DNA of 64,000 bases from Mobula birostris (GCF_030028105.1 NC_092376.1:50888935-50952934), one strand, 5' to 3'; shown: positions 1-13,696, counted from the first letter of the stretch. Translations and numbers: made by a program. The notes: generated by a model from the letters alone, not told the origin.

Positions 1-1351
1 TATATACATAAGCATATTCTAAATTAGTCTTTATACTCCTTGTAGAACATCTTAGTTTGCCATTTTCTAATATTGTACAATTTTGTTTGCTAACACAATC
101 CAAATGTCTCAATCATTTTGCAACTTTTTCCTGCTTTCATGCACTAATGTCCATCTCTCTGCCAATTAATCCTCCCTGGCACTATAATGAACCTCGTGCT
201 TATGTTTTTAGTTGCATCATACAACAGTGATGCCCATGGTGAAATGTATATGTGGGGTTAAAATTTGAGGCAGACAGAATTTTGCAATGAAACCCTCCAT
301 TGTTGAGCAAGGAGATAAGAAATTGAAACAGGAGAAGGATATAAAGACTCCAAGTCCTCTCCACCATTCAATAACATCACAAATTCCTCTTATTTTGCTG
401 TTTTCCCACTTGATCCTCATATCATTTGACTCCTTTTGTGTTCAAAAACCCATTAATCATAGCCATGAATACAATAACCTAGTGCCACTCTTTCTGGGAT
501 CGCACATTGCAATGCCAAAGCTAGTGTGCATGAATATTTTCTTGGTGATAACCATGCAATGATAATATTATGGAAAGCACCTTGGAAAAATGATTGGGGT
601 GTGGCAAGCTGGAGCACTTTCTCAGCTCCCCAGTGATCATCTAACAAAAAGAGGTGTAGAATATTGGTACATGGGTGGACATTCATTCTATAAAATTAAG
701 GATGGCTGATCCTTCAGAATCTGGAAAACTTAAAGTATGCTTCCTTTATACTTCCATTTAAATGTTGTCTTTCATATGCTTGTATGCTTTAAAGTATAAA
801 ATATACAAAGGATATGAAAGACAATATATAAATGCATATATTTATTAAAACATTCTTTTTCAACTGTATCAGGATAATATACAACAGAATCTGAATGCTT
901 TGGCCAAATTTCATAAATAAGTTTTTAAACATCTTTCTATAGTTACCAAACCACTCTCTGACATCTGAGCTGTTCTTTGGTTTAATTGATCATTAAAAGG
1001 TGGAATTAAACAATTAAGAACACCTGCAAATTTGCCCTGTTTGTATTTAGAAGCACCTGGAGTGAATCAGCAAGCAATTAATTACAGTGTGAATTGTAAA
1101 GAGCGCAGTCTTGATGTTCTCTTAGTGTTTATAAATTCTGTTCTATTCATTAGAACTTGGCTGCTTTGATATATTTTTTCTTCTAGAAGCATTTGTGGAG
1201 CAATGTAAACCTGGCAACAATAGGGTTCTGTATGTCAGATATTAAGAACTTAATACCAGTGAAAGGCTAGAAAGAACTTAGAAGGTGTAGTGTTGAAATT
1301 AAAAGTGAAATAGGCAAGAAAGGAAAGTGGATGAAAAACAGAACTACTACC

Positions 1352-2360
1352 AGATAAGACCTGGGAGCAGAGTTTGTCTCTTTGGCCCATTAAGTCTGCT
1401 CTGCCATTCCATCATAGCTGATTTATTATCCCACTCAACCCCATTCTTCTGTCTTCTCCCCATAATCTTTGATGCCTTGATTAATCAAGATGCTATCAAA
1501 CTCCATCTTAAATATACCCAATGAATTCCACAGATTCACCAACAACAGGCTAAAGAAATTATTCCTCATCTCTGTTCTAAATGGACTTACCTCAGTTCTG
1601 AGGTTGTGCCCTCTGATCCCAGACTCCCCCCACTATAGGAAACATCCTCTCCACATCCACTCTATCCAGACATTTCAATACTTGCTAGGTTTCAATGATA
1701 TGTCCCCTCATTCTTCAAAACTCTAGCGAGCACAGGCCCAGAGCTGTCAAATGCTCCATATATATTTTAATCCTTTCATTCCTGGGATCATTCTTGTGAA
1801 CCTCTTCTAGACTGTCTCCTATGCTAGCACATCCTTTGTTAGATAAGGGGCCCAAAACTGCTCACAATACTCCAAGTGCAGTCTGACCAATGCCTTATAA
1901 AGCCTCAGCATTACATCCTTGCTATTGTGTTCTAGTCCTCTTGAAACGAATGCTAACATTGCATTTGCCTTCCTTGCCATCGACTCAACCTGCAAGTTAA
2001 CCTTTAGGGAATCCTGCACAAGGACTCCCAAGATGCTCGGCACCTCTCATTTATCAATTTTCTTCCCATTTACAAAATAGTCCACACCTTTATTTCTTCT
2101 GTCAAGGTGCATGAACATAGACTGCCCTACACTATACTCCATCTGCCACTTCTTTGCCCATTCCCTCAATCTGTCTAAGTTCTTCTGCAGATACACTGCT
2201 TCTTTAACACTAACTGCCCTTCTAACTATCTTTGTATCATCTGCAGACCTGGCCATAAAGCCGTCAATATTTTCAACCAAATCATTCATGTATTACGTGA
2301 AAAGAAGCTGTCTCAACACTGACCTCTGCAGCACACCACTAGTCACTGGCAGCCAACCAG
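1352..2360 (-). mobile_element. CR1 LINE, 5'-truncated (RT C-terminus and 3' UTR), internally deleted
   Basis: Minus-strand ORFs include ADDTKI...LDRLREWAKKWQMEY and KANAMLAFVSRG...LYKALVRLHLEYCEQFWAPYL. A CR1 3' UTR begins near 1352. Confidence 0.9.
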
Positions 2361-2459
2361 AAAATCAAAAAAAACACGAAAGGAAATTAAAAATAAAAGA
2401 AAATCCAAAATTAACAAAACCTGTATTGAATGAATACTTTTCTGACAGCAATACTTTCA

Positions 2460-3290
2460 AATCAGGAAAGTATCCTTTCACCACTCCCCTCTGCCTCAAT
2501 TTTGGATCCACATGGCCAGCTCTCCTTGGATCTTGCATGACTTAAACTTCTGGACCTGCCTGTTATGCGGGACATTGTCAAATATCTTAACTTATGTCCG
2601 TATAGCCAACATATACCTTCTTGCCTTTTCAGTTAACTCAAAAAAAATCAACTTGGTGAGATAGGATTTCCCCTATACATGGCCATGCCGATCATCCCTA
2701 AACAGTCCCCGGCTTTCTAAATCTAACAAAAACTCATCTCTGGAATTTTTTCCATACTTTCCCTACCCTATATTTACCTGTCTTATCTACTGGTGGGCGC
2801 TGTCTCAAGAAGGCAGAGACCATCAGAGATGCCTATCATCTGGACCATGTCATCTTTTCACCTTCCATTCTCTGCTGCAAGGAAGTTTTTCCATTACACT
2901 TGTGCATACATATACTTTTGCATATGACAATAAACTCGCTTTATCCCTGCTGCTCATCTTAAATAAAGGAAGAACATTAGCTATCCTCCAGTTTTCTGGT
3001 ACCTTGCCCATGGATGACAAAGAGACAAAAATTTCCAACAGGGAGCCAACAATTTCCTCCGATGTTTCTCATAGCATTCTGAATAGATTTCATACAGCCT
3101 GGGGAATTTATCCACCCTTTAGACATCCAACACCTTTTTAACACTCACATGGTTCAGACTATCAATGCATCCTTTCCTGAACTCAGTATCTTCCTTGGTG
3201 AATACAGTGAAGAAGAATTCTCATAGGACTTTGCCCACACCTCCTAGTTCCACACACAGATTACCTTGCTAATGCTCTTTTAAATTATTT
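2460..3290 (-). mobile_element. Old CR1 fragment (pre-RT/RT region) with a short Rex-like piece near 2790-2890
   Basis: ORF 2850-3038 reads GKVPENWRIANVLPLFK, matching the CR1 PEDWRIANVTPLFKK motif. Confidence 0.7.
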
Positions 3291-3399
3291 CAATTCATGA
3301 GCATCTGCTTCTGCTCTTAGTGAATGCTTCACGGCTGTCACTAGAGATGAGGGAGCCAGTGTTATGATGTAGTTAAGGAGGACATGTGTGAAATATTGA

Positions 3400-4460
3400 A
3401 TGGGATGAAAAATTTGTCAGGCCCAGTTGAAATATACTCCTGGTAGTTAAAAGAAATAAGGGAGGAAATTCTACAATATTTCACGTACCCCAGCCTAAAG
3501 GACTGGTGCCAGAACATTTATGATCTTTTAATGTTGTAGCGTTGTCCAAAACAGGCGGGAGGAAAAATTAGAAGTCAATTAGTTTAACTTTAGTGACGGA
3601 AAATTATTGAATTCATTTGCGAACCTGTATAAATCTTTATTCAGTACAGTACAGACTATCAAAGATTGTTAGCCTGGATTTGTTAGGGAAGATCATGTCT
3701 AACTAACTGGATTGAATTTCTTTTTGGGCTAGTTCAATGAGGGCATGGATGTGGTCAATGTGGATTTCAACAAGATTTTTCATTCAGGCTGCTCAAAAGG
3801 ATTAAGAAAAAGCTGGCTCATGAAGCAGAAGATAATCATGGATGATCAGCTTTGTAGCTGGAAGGCTGTTACCAATGGGGTTTCCACATGGCTCAATAGG
3901 AGGTCCTTTGATTTTGGCTTTATATGTCAATTATTTAGACAATGGCTGGGATGAGAAAGGAATTTGCAAATAGTGTGGAAGTTGACAGTATCATTGATGA
4001 GGAATAGAAAATCGTTTTAGAATGGATGACAATGTAGACGGCCTGGTCAGTTGGGCAGAAAAGATTGAATTTAATCTGGATAAAAGAATGAACAATAAGC
4101 AGGGGAGAGCTGAGGATTGTGGAGAAGCAGAGGTGCGTATCCAACATATCCTTAAGGTGTAATGGGACAGGTAAATAAAGGGTTAAAAGACACATCAGAT
4201 TTGCCTTTGTTTATTAGTGTTTGTTCCATTATAACGTAAGACCAGGAAGGCTTTGCTGGAATTATATACAATGCTTATTTGAACACAACTTGTGTATTGT
4301 GCAGTTCCGATCACCATGTTGCAGGAATAATACAATTGCAGTGGGAAGGTGTAGAGGAGATTTGAAAACATTTCTGGAACCGGAAAACATTCGCCATGAA
4401 GATTTTAGTTAAGAGCATACCTGTAATATTGTATACAGTTCTGGTCACCTAGCTATAGGA
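3400..4460 (+). mobile_element. Highly degenerate CR1 LINE
   Basis: Remnants of GFVRGRSCLTNLIEFF (3676-3725), DVVNVDFNKIF and cagttccgatcacc...aggaa. Confidence 0.7.
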
Positions 4461-4469
4461 AGAATGCTG

Positions 4470-4650
4470 TTCTGCTTGTGACCCTGTGGGTTTCCTGTTT
4501 CCTCCCGTAGTCTAAAGCAGCGCCAGTTAGAAGGTTAATTATTCATTGCAAATTGTCCCGTGATTAGGCTAAGTAGGTGGGTTTCTGGGCAGCATGCCTC
4601 CTTGGGCTGAAAAGGACCTGTTCCACACTGTTTCTCAAAGATAAAAATAA
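4470..4650 (+). mobile_element. V-SINE (HE1-like) fragment
   Basis: V-domain-like sequence gtgaccctgtgggtttcc...ttcctcccgtagtctaaag...ggttaattattcattgcaaattgtccc, followed by a tail ending in aaataaa. Confidence 0.65.
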
Positions 4651-4654
4651 ATGT

Positions 4655-5140
4655 TGGAAAAACTACAGAGAGGAATCAGAATAATGTTTCTGAATTTGGA
4701 GAGCCTGAGTTATTGAGAAACACTGGATAGTCTGAAGCCTGTTTCCCTGGAGAGTAGGTGTCTGACTGGGTGGCCTTATAGAGGTATGTCGGATCATGAG
4801 GGTCATAAATAAGATGAATGGTGCAGTCTTTTTTATAGTGTTCAGGGAGTCTAAAATGAGGGAGCATAAGTTTAACGTAAGTCATAGAGTCACAGAGCAC
4901 TGAGAGGGGAAAGATTTAAAGGGGATCTGAAGGGCAAGGTTTTCACTCAGAGAGTAGTGGGTATATACAGTAGAATGAGCTGCCAGAGGAATTGCTGGTA
5001 TTCATTATAATTACAGTGCTTCAAGGACATTTGCATGGGAACTTTTAGAGGGATGTGAGCCAAATGCAGGCAAATGGGACTAGAAATTTGTTTACTATGG
5101 ACTAGTTGGGCTGATTGGCTTGTTTCCATGCTATATGATC
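4655..5140 (+). mobile_element. CR1 3' end fragment
   Basis: gagaggggaaagatttaaaggggatctgaagggcaaggttttcactcagagagtagtg...gagctgccagagga, then a 3' UTR. Confidence 0.75.
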
Positions 5141-5660
5141 CTGAGGAAGGTTGGGTTGGCTGGGTTGCTCTTTTTGTAATAGAGTAGGCTGCGGCCAAAC
5201 ACGGGGGTGTATGAATTACGAGGCGCCTTGACAGCAGACATAGAGTTACCAAATCCTCTCAGCTGAAGGGTAACAAGAAATGGAGTCTGTGAACTTAAAG
5301 TAATCGGTTGATGAATGAGGGAAAAGAGGATTTCTTCTCCTCCTTAGAGTATTATAGAGGGTCTCGATTTCATTCCACATTAAAAAGTGCCTGGATATGT
5401 ACTTGATCTACAGCCGGCATTTTCAGACACAGGGCTGGGCTTTTGGTTGGTAGCTCTACTTTTAACCACACTAACTGGATGGGCTGAATTGTCTCCCGTG
5501 TTATAATTGTTTGTAATTGCATAACTGTCTCTCTTTAAAAGTTGGATTGTAGATGTAGGTCTGTCTGACATAATTATTAAAATATAGCTAGTACAAATTT
5601 TTTTTTGAAAATTTCAACCTCACTGATGTTCTCCAAAGTAGAACTCAGTACATCTTTTGT

Positions 5661-8600
5661 CATAAGACCATAAGATATAGGAGCAGAATTAGGCTATTTT
5701 CCCCATCGAGCCTACTCTGTCATTTCATCATGGCTGATCCAATTTTCCTCTTAGCTCCAGACTCCTGCATTCTCCCTTTATCCCTTCGTGCCCTGATCTA
5801 CCAACCTTTGCCTTAAGTATATATACAGACTTGGCCTCCACAGCTGCCCGTGGCAATGAATTCCACAGATTCACCACTGTCTGGCAGAAGAAATTCCTCC
5901 TCATCTCGGTTCTACAAGGAAACGCCTCTATTCTGCTGCTGTACGTCTGGCTTAGACTCTTCAACCATTGGAAACATCCTCTCCACATCTAGTCCATCAA
6001 GGCTTTTCACCATTCGATCGGGTTCAATTAGATCGCCTCATTCTTCTGAATTCTAGTGAATACAGATCCAGAGCCATCAAACTCACTTCATATGACAAGC
6101 CATTCAAATCATTTTTGAGAACCTCCTTTGAACCCTGTCCAGTTTTAGCACATCCTTCCAAGGTGAGGAGCTCAAAACTGCTCACGATACTCCAAGTGAG
6201 GCCTTACCAGTGCTTTATTAAGTTTCAATATTACATCCTTGTTTTTATATTCTAATCCTCTTGAAAAGAATGCTAACATTGTATTTGCCTTCCTCACCAC
6301 AGACTCAACCTACAAATTATCCTTTGGGGAATCCTGCACATGGACATTGCACCTCAGCTTTTTTGTATTTTCTCTCCATTTAGAAAATAGTCAACCCTTT
6401 TATTTCTTTTATTTCAAGGTGCATGACCATACACTAACTGACCTTGTATTCCACCTGCCATTTCTTTGTCCATTCTCCTAATCTGTCTAAGTCCTTCTGT
6501 AGCCTCTCTACTTCCTCAAAAACTACTTGCCTCTCCACCAATCTTCATATCTTTTGCAAACTTTGCAACAAAACCATCAATTCCATCATCCAAATCATTG
6601 ATATATAATGGAAAAAGAATCATTCCCATCACAGACTCTTGTGGTACACCACTAATCACCGGCAGTCAACCATAAAAGGCTCCCTTTATTCCCACTCTTT
6701 GCCTCCTGTCAATCAGCAACTGCTTTATCCATGCTAGGATCTTTCCTGTTATACCGTGGGTTCGTAGCTTCATGCATGGCAGCTTGTCAAAGACCTTTTG
6801 AAAATCCAGATATACAACATCAACCGATTCTCCTTTGTCTAACCTGCTTGTTATTTCTTAAAATAATTCCAACAGATTTGTCAGGCAAGATTTTTACTTG
6901 AAGAAGCCATGCTGACTATGGCCTATTTTATCATGTGCCTCCAAGTGCCCTGAGACCTCATCCTTAATAATTGACTCCAACATCTTCCCAACCACTGGAG
7001 TCAGACTAACTGGCCTATAGTTTCCTTTCTTTTGCCTTTCTCCCTCCTTGAAGAGTGGAGTGACATATGCAATTTTCCAGTCTTCTGGAACCGTTCCAGA
7101 ATCTAGTGATTCTTGAAAGATCATTGCTAATGCCTCCATGATCTCTTCAACCATCTCTGTCAGAACCCTGGGGTGTACACCATCTGGTCCAGGTGACTTA
7201 TTTCTTCAGACCTTTCAGTTTCCCAAGGACCTTCTTTCTAGTTATAGTAAATTCGCACACTTCAAAACCCTTGACACCTGGAACTTACACCGTACTGCTA
7301 GTGTCTTCCATAGTGAAGACTGACACAAAATACTTATTCAGTTCATCCACCATTTCATCGTCCCCCGATTATACCTGTCCAGCATCATTTTCCAGTGATC
7401 CGATATCCACTCTCACTTCTTTTTTACATTTTGTATATCCAAAGAAACTTTTGGTATCCTCTTTAATATTATTGGCTGGCTTACTTTCGTATTCCGTATT
7501 CCATCTTTACCTTCTTAATGTCTTTTTTTCAGTTACCTTTTTTTGGTTTTTAAAAGCTTTCCAATCCTCTAACTTCCCACTAATTTTTGCTCTATTGCAT
7601 GCTTTTGCTTTGGCTTTTATATTGGCTTTGACTTCTCTTGTTAGCCACATTTGTGTCATCTTTCCTTTAGAATATATCTTCCTATTTGGGATGTATGTAT
7701 CCTGTATCTTCTGAATTGCTCCCAGAAATTCTAGCATTGCTACTTTGCTGTCATCCCTGCCCGTGTTCTTTTCCTAACAGTTCTGGCCAACTCCTCTTTC
7801 ATGCCTCTGTAATTCCCCTTAGTCCATTGTAGTACTGGTACATCTGACTAGCTTCTCCTTAAACTTCAGGGTGAATTTGATCATATTATGATGACTTTCC
7901 CCTAAGGGTCTTTTAACCTTAAGCTCTCTAATCAATTCTGGTTCATTTCACAACACTCAATCCAGAATCACTGATCCTTCAGTGGGCTCAACCAGGAGCT
8001 GCTCTAAAATTCCATTCTATTGGCACTCTAGAAATTCACCCTCCTGGAATTCAGCACCAACCTGATTTTCCTAATCTACCTGAATATTGAAGTACCCCAT
8101 GACTATTGTAACATTGCCCTTTTGGCATCCATTTTCTATCTCCTATTGTCTTTTGTAGTCCACATTCTTACCACTGTTTGGGGGCAGGTCTGTATATAAC
8201 TCCCATCAGGGTCTTTTTATCCTTGCAGTTCCTTAGCTCTATCCACAATAATTCAACACCTTGCAACCCTATGTCACCACTTTCTAATTATTTGATTTCA
8301 CTTTTTACCAACAGAGCAACACTACCCCCTCTGCTTTTCTGCCCGTCCTTTCAATACAATCTGTATTCTTTGACATTAAGCTCCTAGCTATAACTTTCTT
8401 TCGGCCATGACTCAGTGATACCCACAACATCATAAATGCCAATATTCAACTGTGCTGCAAGTTCATCTATCTTATTCCGTATACTGCACACATTCAGATA
8501 TAACACCTTCAGTCCTGTATTCAACTTCTTCGATTTTTATCTGGCTTTTGTGCTGCAGCTCATCCTGTTCACTGCAATTTTGCTCTGTCAATAGCCTCAC

Positions 8601-8850
8601 CTCACTACACATTGCCTATGTTTGTAAACCAGCTACCTCATCTTCAGCACTATTATCCGCCTTTCCTACAATACTTCATGCAATGGATGCAGCTCAGGAC
8701 ACTCGTGGCACCATGCTTAACTTTGTGATCCCTAACTTTGTCTGAGATCTGCCTCCACAACCTCTCCAGTAACTGTTCATGCACTCTGGTTCCCATTCCC
8801 CTGCAATTCTAGTTTAAACCCCACCGTGCAGCATTAACAAACCTTCCTTC
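5661..8850 (-). mobile_element. CR1 LINE spanning most of ORF2 (APE and RT), degraded
   Basis: Tail repeats cataagaccataaga at 5661. ORFs include EALAMIFQESLDSGTVPEDWKIAYVTPLFK...NYRPVSLT and WLTREVKANIK. APE remnants extend to about 8500, and the ORF1/ORF2 junction (agtttaaacc) lies near 8811. Confidence 0.92.
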
Positions 8851-9211
8851 ATCTTGAGAATAGAAGTAAAAAACATGTAGTGTTAACATGGTATTTAGTA
8901 GCTCATTCTATTCATTTCCCTTTATTTCAGTAAGATTGACAGCTGAGGTATGATTAAAATTGGATTATAATTACCATTTTCTTGCTATTAAGGTTCTCTT
9001 CTCAGCAGCTGCTACTTCCTCTTCGTATCCTGCAGCAATGGAAATTCTAGAAATGAGAATTTATAAATCATCCTGTGCAGGTTTTGAAATGTATGTAATT
9101 TGAACATGAACATGCTTAATTACAATTATTTAGATTCTGCATATCTGGAATGAAACAAAACCTGCTGAAAATCTAAGTCAGTCAGACTTTTGGTGTGGAA
9201 GTCTCTTGTGT

Positions 9212-10260
9212 AACCATATAACAATTACAGCACGGAAACAGGCTATCTCGGCCTTTCTAGTCCGTGCTGAACTCTTACTCTCACCTAATCCCACCGACCT
9301 GCACTCAGCCCATAACCCTCCATTCCTTTCCTGTCCATATAGCTGACCAATTTAACTCTAAACGACAACATCGAACCTGCCTCAACCACTTCTGCTGGAA
9401 GCTCGTTCCACACAGCTACCACTCTCTGAGTAAAGAAGTTCCCCCTCATGTTACCCCTAAACTTTTGCCCTTTAACTCTCAACTCATGTCCTCTTGTTTG
9501 AATCTCCCCCACTCTCAATTGAAAAAGCCTATCCACGTCAACTCTATCTATCCCCCTCATAATTTTAAATACCTCTATCAAGTCCCCCCTCAACCTTCTA
9601 CGTTCCAAAGAATAAAGGCCTAACTTGTTCAACCTTTCTCTGTAACTTAGGTGATGAAACCCAGGTAACATTCTAGTAAATTTTCTCTGTACTCCCTCTA
9701 TTTTGTTGACATCTTTCCTATAATTCAGTGACCATGTATGTCCTATTTTGATTAGTCCTACCAAAATGTAGCACCTCACATTTATCAGCATTAAACTCCA
9801 TTTGCCATCTTTCAGCCCACTCTTCTAACTGGCCTAAATCTCTCTGTAAGCTTTGAAAACCTACTTCATTATCCACAACTCCACCTATCTTAGTATCATC
9901 TGCATACTTACTCATCCAATTTACCACCACATCATCCAGATCATTAATGTACATGGCAAACAACATTCGACCCAGTACAGATCCCTGAGGCACACCACTA
10001 GTCACGGCCTCCAATCTGACAAACAGTTATCCACCACCACTCTCTGGCGTCTCCCATCCAGCCACTGCTGAATCCATTTTACTACTTCAATATTAATACC
10101 TAACGATTGAACCTTCCTAACTAACCTGCCGTGTGGAACCTTGTCAAATGCCTTACTGAAGTCCATATAGACAACATCCACCGCTTTACCCTTGTCAACT
10201 TTCCTAGTAACCTCTTCAAAAAATTCAATAAGATTTGTCAAACATGACCTTCCATGCACA
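9212..10260 (-). mobile_element. Young CR1 LINE, 5'-truncated, with an internal deletion
   Basis: GRSCLTNLIEFFEEVT...DFSKAFDKVPHGRL, SGVPQGSVLG, YADDTKIGG and RRRLRGDLIEVFK...FFTQRVVAVWNELP. Tail aaccatataac at 9212. Confidence 0.95.
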
Positions 10261-10499
10261 ATTATGTGGAATCCCACACAATTGTGTGGAATTATTCCTC
10301 AATGTTCAGGTATTTTTGGTCATCAGCATTTCAAAAGGGACAGAAACAGGGGAGAGGATGTGAAGGTGATGACCACACAGACAAAAAGAAGATGATTTTC
10401 AATGAATGAGAGATGATTAAATGGCAGAAGATGCCAACGGAGGCATATTGAGAGAATATGGAGGCTTTGGTATGAGATCACAATTGTATTTACCAAACT

Positions 10500-10745
10500 A
10501 AAGTTATGGGTTGGCCTATTGATCGTGAATTCAATTCCTTCACTGTGAGAAGGGAAATAATTTGGAATAAAAAGCTTGCATCAATAATGGTGTCCACAAG
10601 GCCAGCAGATTACTATTTAAAAAAAACATATTTGGTTCAGCTTTTTCTTGCAGGAAAGTAAATCTGTCATTGTTATGCAATCTCTCCACTTGTGACATCA
10701 GATTCTCATCAGTGTGATTGAATTTGAATTACCCCGTTAGGCTTC
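10500..10745 (+). mobile_element. Deu-domain SINE (SacSINE1/AmnSINE1-like), old
   Basis: ggaataaaaagc...aaaaacatatttggttca...gcaggaaagtaaatctgtc...gtgacatcaga resembles the Deu-SINE central domain. Confidence 0.5.
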
Positions 10746-11160
10746 TGCAACATGGTGGTCCAGTGGTTAGTGCTGCCATCTCTCAACTCCAGTGAATTTG
10801 GCTAGATTCTGGCCTTGGGTGCTGTGTGTGTGAAGTGGACACATTCTTCTTGTGACTTCTTCCTGAAACCCCATCCCTACATACCGCCCCCCCCAAGGCC
10901 CAACTACCAACCACAAGGTGCTCTTGCTCCTTCCGCTTGGTCAAAGATGTGCTGGTTGGTACAAGATGGCTGCTGTAAATGACAACTAAAATAGGTGTCT
11001 GCAAGGAGTTTTAGGGGGAGCGATCTTTGGGGAGTGGGTAGTAATTGAGGATGCAAAAGGTAAAGAAAAGGGATTGGTGTAGATTGGGAGCTTCTTTGTT
11101 GACATCTCTGTAGTCGGGTTGTGATTGGTGAAGGGCCTGTTCATGTGCTGTTCTATGCAG
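10746..11160 (+). mobile_element. V-SINE-like element (tRNA head, CR1-like tail), old
   Basis: Head ggtggtccagtggttagtgctgcc...ctccagtga; tail ggtgaagggcctgttcatgtgctgttctatg. Confidence 0.6.
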
Positions 11161-11262
11161 CAGTTCAACAACCACGTTTTCTTGGTAAATAAACGCAGCA
11201 CCTCTGAAGATGCTGTTGTAGAAAAGCAGGAGATCAAGGGACTAGGGAATGCAAGGAGTGGA

Positions 11263-11690
11263 AGTTCAAATGTTTCTATTTCATAAATGGTTCCATTTAT
11301 TATCAGAGAATGTATACCGTATACAACCTGAAATTCTTACTCTTCACAGACATCCACAAAAAACAGAAGGAAGCCCCAAAAGAGTGAACAGGAAATGTTA
11401 GAACCCCAAAGCCCCCTCTCCCCCCTCCCATGCACAAGCAGCGGCAAAGCATTAACATCCCCATCCCCCCCCACCCATTTCAGCAGAAAGTGTCAGCGCC
11501 CACCACCCATCAAGCAACAGCAGAGCCCCCAAAGAGAGACCGCGATCTGCAGTCAACAAAAACTATTTTACCTGACAGTTCGACATGCCACAGGCTCTCT
11601 CACTAACAAGGGACAGAGAGATACCACCCATTTCATGGCGAAAGGAGACGCTAACAAACAGTAGCTGTTACAGTGTTACAATCTGCGGCG
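11263..11690 (-). repeat. Unclassified non-autonomous interspersed repeat (second copy at 37245-37610)
   Basis: Both copies share aatgtatac...ctgaaattctt...acatcca, aaatgttagaacccc, gcacaagcagc.gcaaagca, ttcgacat...cacaggctctct and gttacagtgtt. Confidence 0.75.
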
Positions 11691-12149
11691 TCACTTTTTA
11701 TATTCTGAGATTTATAACTCCAGGGTGTATGTATGTGTGTGTGTGTGAAAGAGGGGGAGAGAGAAAAAACAAACAAAAAGACTCACGTGAGACAGGGCAT
11801 CTTCTGTGGCGAAGTCCTGATGTTCCTCCACCCGTACCCCTTCAGTTGGCAACACCAGTGAGGAATCGGTTGTCCACAGGGCCATGCAGGGCCGCACCCT
11901 GGAGACGTGCACCTTCCAGGCTGCTCCTGGAGAATGTTGGGAAAATGACCAGTCTTGGCGGGTACAAGAGACTGAGAAGTAAATACATGACTCAAAGGTC
12001 GGTGTAAGAGAAATGTATTCTGATTCATAGGGGATTGGCCCCTGTTAAGAGGCTGAAGTGAGAGCTATTTTATCCATTCTAGGACCTGTGCTCTGGCAAA
12101 TTGCCAGACTAGAGTTAGAAACAAGGCCTTAAACTAATTAGAGGCTTAA

Positions 12150-13695
12150 AGGTTCAAGAGACAAAAAATGTATTAAATCAAACAGAAATGAGGCAGCCGT
12201 GGCACAGGGTAGTGAGGAGTTGAGTGAAAATCAAAGCATGACAGGAAGGGTGGAAAATATAAGCAAAACTATGCAGAAGAACTTAGAACCTGGCTATGTG
12301 AAAATTGAAACAGGTCAAAGCTTGAGGCTCTTTATCTGATTAGTGATAAGACTGATGAGCTGACAGCTCAGATAGATGTAAATGAGTTTGACTTCATAGC
12401 AGTTACAGAGACATGGTTTCAGGGTGATCAGTACAGGAAACTCAATATTCCAAAAGAATAACAGGAAGGGATAGGTAGCGGGTAGTGTTTGTGAATCAAG
12501 CAAGGTTGAAATGTCATGCAGGGCAGTGGGTTGTGATGTAGAGTCTTGAGTGGAAATAAGGAATAATAGAGGACAGACACAGATGGGAGTAGTCGATAGG
12601 TGCCTGAAGTGTTGTCTCATGATAGGATGAAACATAAATGGGGAAATATTGACGGCTTGTTAGAATGGAATCATAAATTACCATGGGCGATTTCTGGAGT
12701 AATCAGACTAGGTAGAATACAGTGAATGAGGAATTTATGGCGTGCACCAGGCACTTTTTCTGAGCAATACATTGCAGAATCTACCTGGAAACAAGTGAAA
12801 CACTGTAGGATTAATTAGGGATTCTGCAGCTTAAGATTCTCTGGGGGGGGGGGTTCTGACTTTGATATGGTAGAATTCCAGCTACAATTTGAGGGTGACC
12901 ATCTTGGCTCCAAAACCAATATCCTTAACTTAAATACAAAGTTTAAATTGTAAAAGGAAAAAAGGCAGGGTTGTCTAGCATGGACTGACAAAACAGGCTC
13001 GGAATGGTCAGTTACTGAACAGTAGCAGGTTTTTAAGGCATTCGGCAAAAATTTTCCTCAATTAGAAAGAGAAACGTCTTGAGGAGGATGAGCCATCCAT
13101 ATTTAAGAAAGATTAACGAAAACAGTAAATCAAAAATTCGAGCATACAAAATGTCACAAGATGATGATTGACTACAAGAATGGGAATTTTACAATAGCCA
13201 ATTGTGACGGACAAGCAATCTAACAATGTGGGAGAAAATTGAGAATAAACTGGCAAGAGATATTAAAACAAACAGCAGGAACTTCTGTCATTATATAAAT
13301 AGAAAGAGGCAGTTAAGGTAAGAAGGTAGTTGTGGGAATTCGCAACAGGAAACAAGGAAATAACAGAAATTAAACCAGTACTTTTCACGAGTTTTCAAAT
13401 CAATGGCATTGCAACTATTCCAATGATAACAAGGGGTCTATTTTTCAAATAGGAAGGGAGAATATGCTGTACTGTATCTGCTCTATGATATGCTGAGCTG
13501 CTTTGTAAAATAAGAATAAATAATAATAAAAATTTGAATTATAAAGAAAATAGGAAGGGAGAACATGTAACAACACCTGAGGGACGAGATATTGGAAACA
13601 CTAATGGGACTAAAGACTATCGTGTTGCTAGGACCTGATGCCCTGAACCAAAGGGTTTTAAAGGAAATGGCTGCAGAGATAGTGGAGCCACAGGT
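12150..13695 (+). mobile_element. Old CR1 ORF2 5' part (APE to GPDALNQRVLKE), interrupted downstream by later insertions
   Basis: gataagactgatgagctgacagctcag...gcagttacagagacatgg (APE start, AVTETW) and GPDALNQRVLKEMAAEIVE at 13631-13688. Confidence 0.75.
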
Positions 13696-13696
13696 T

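Noticed and set aside
10281-10295. TGTGTGGAATT resembles the lac promoter/operator edge (vector contamination?)
   Set aside because: The match is only 11 bp, there is no GTGAGCGGATAAC continuation, and the local duplication explains it.
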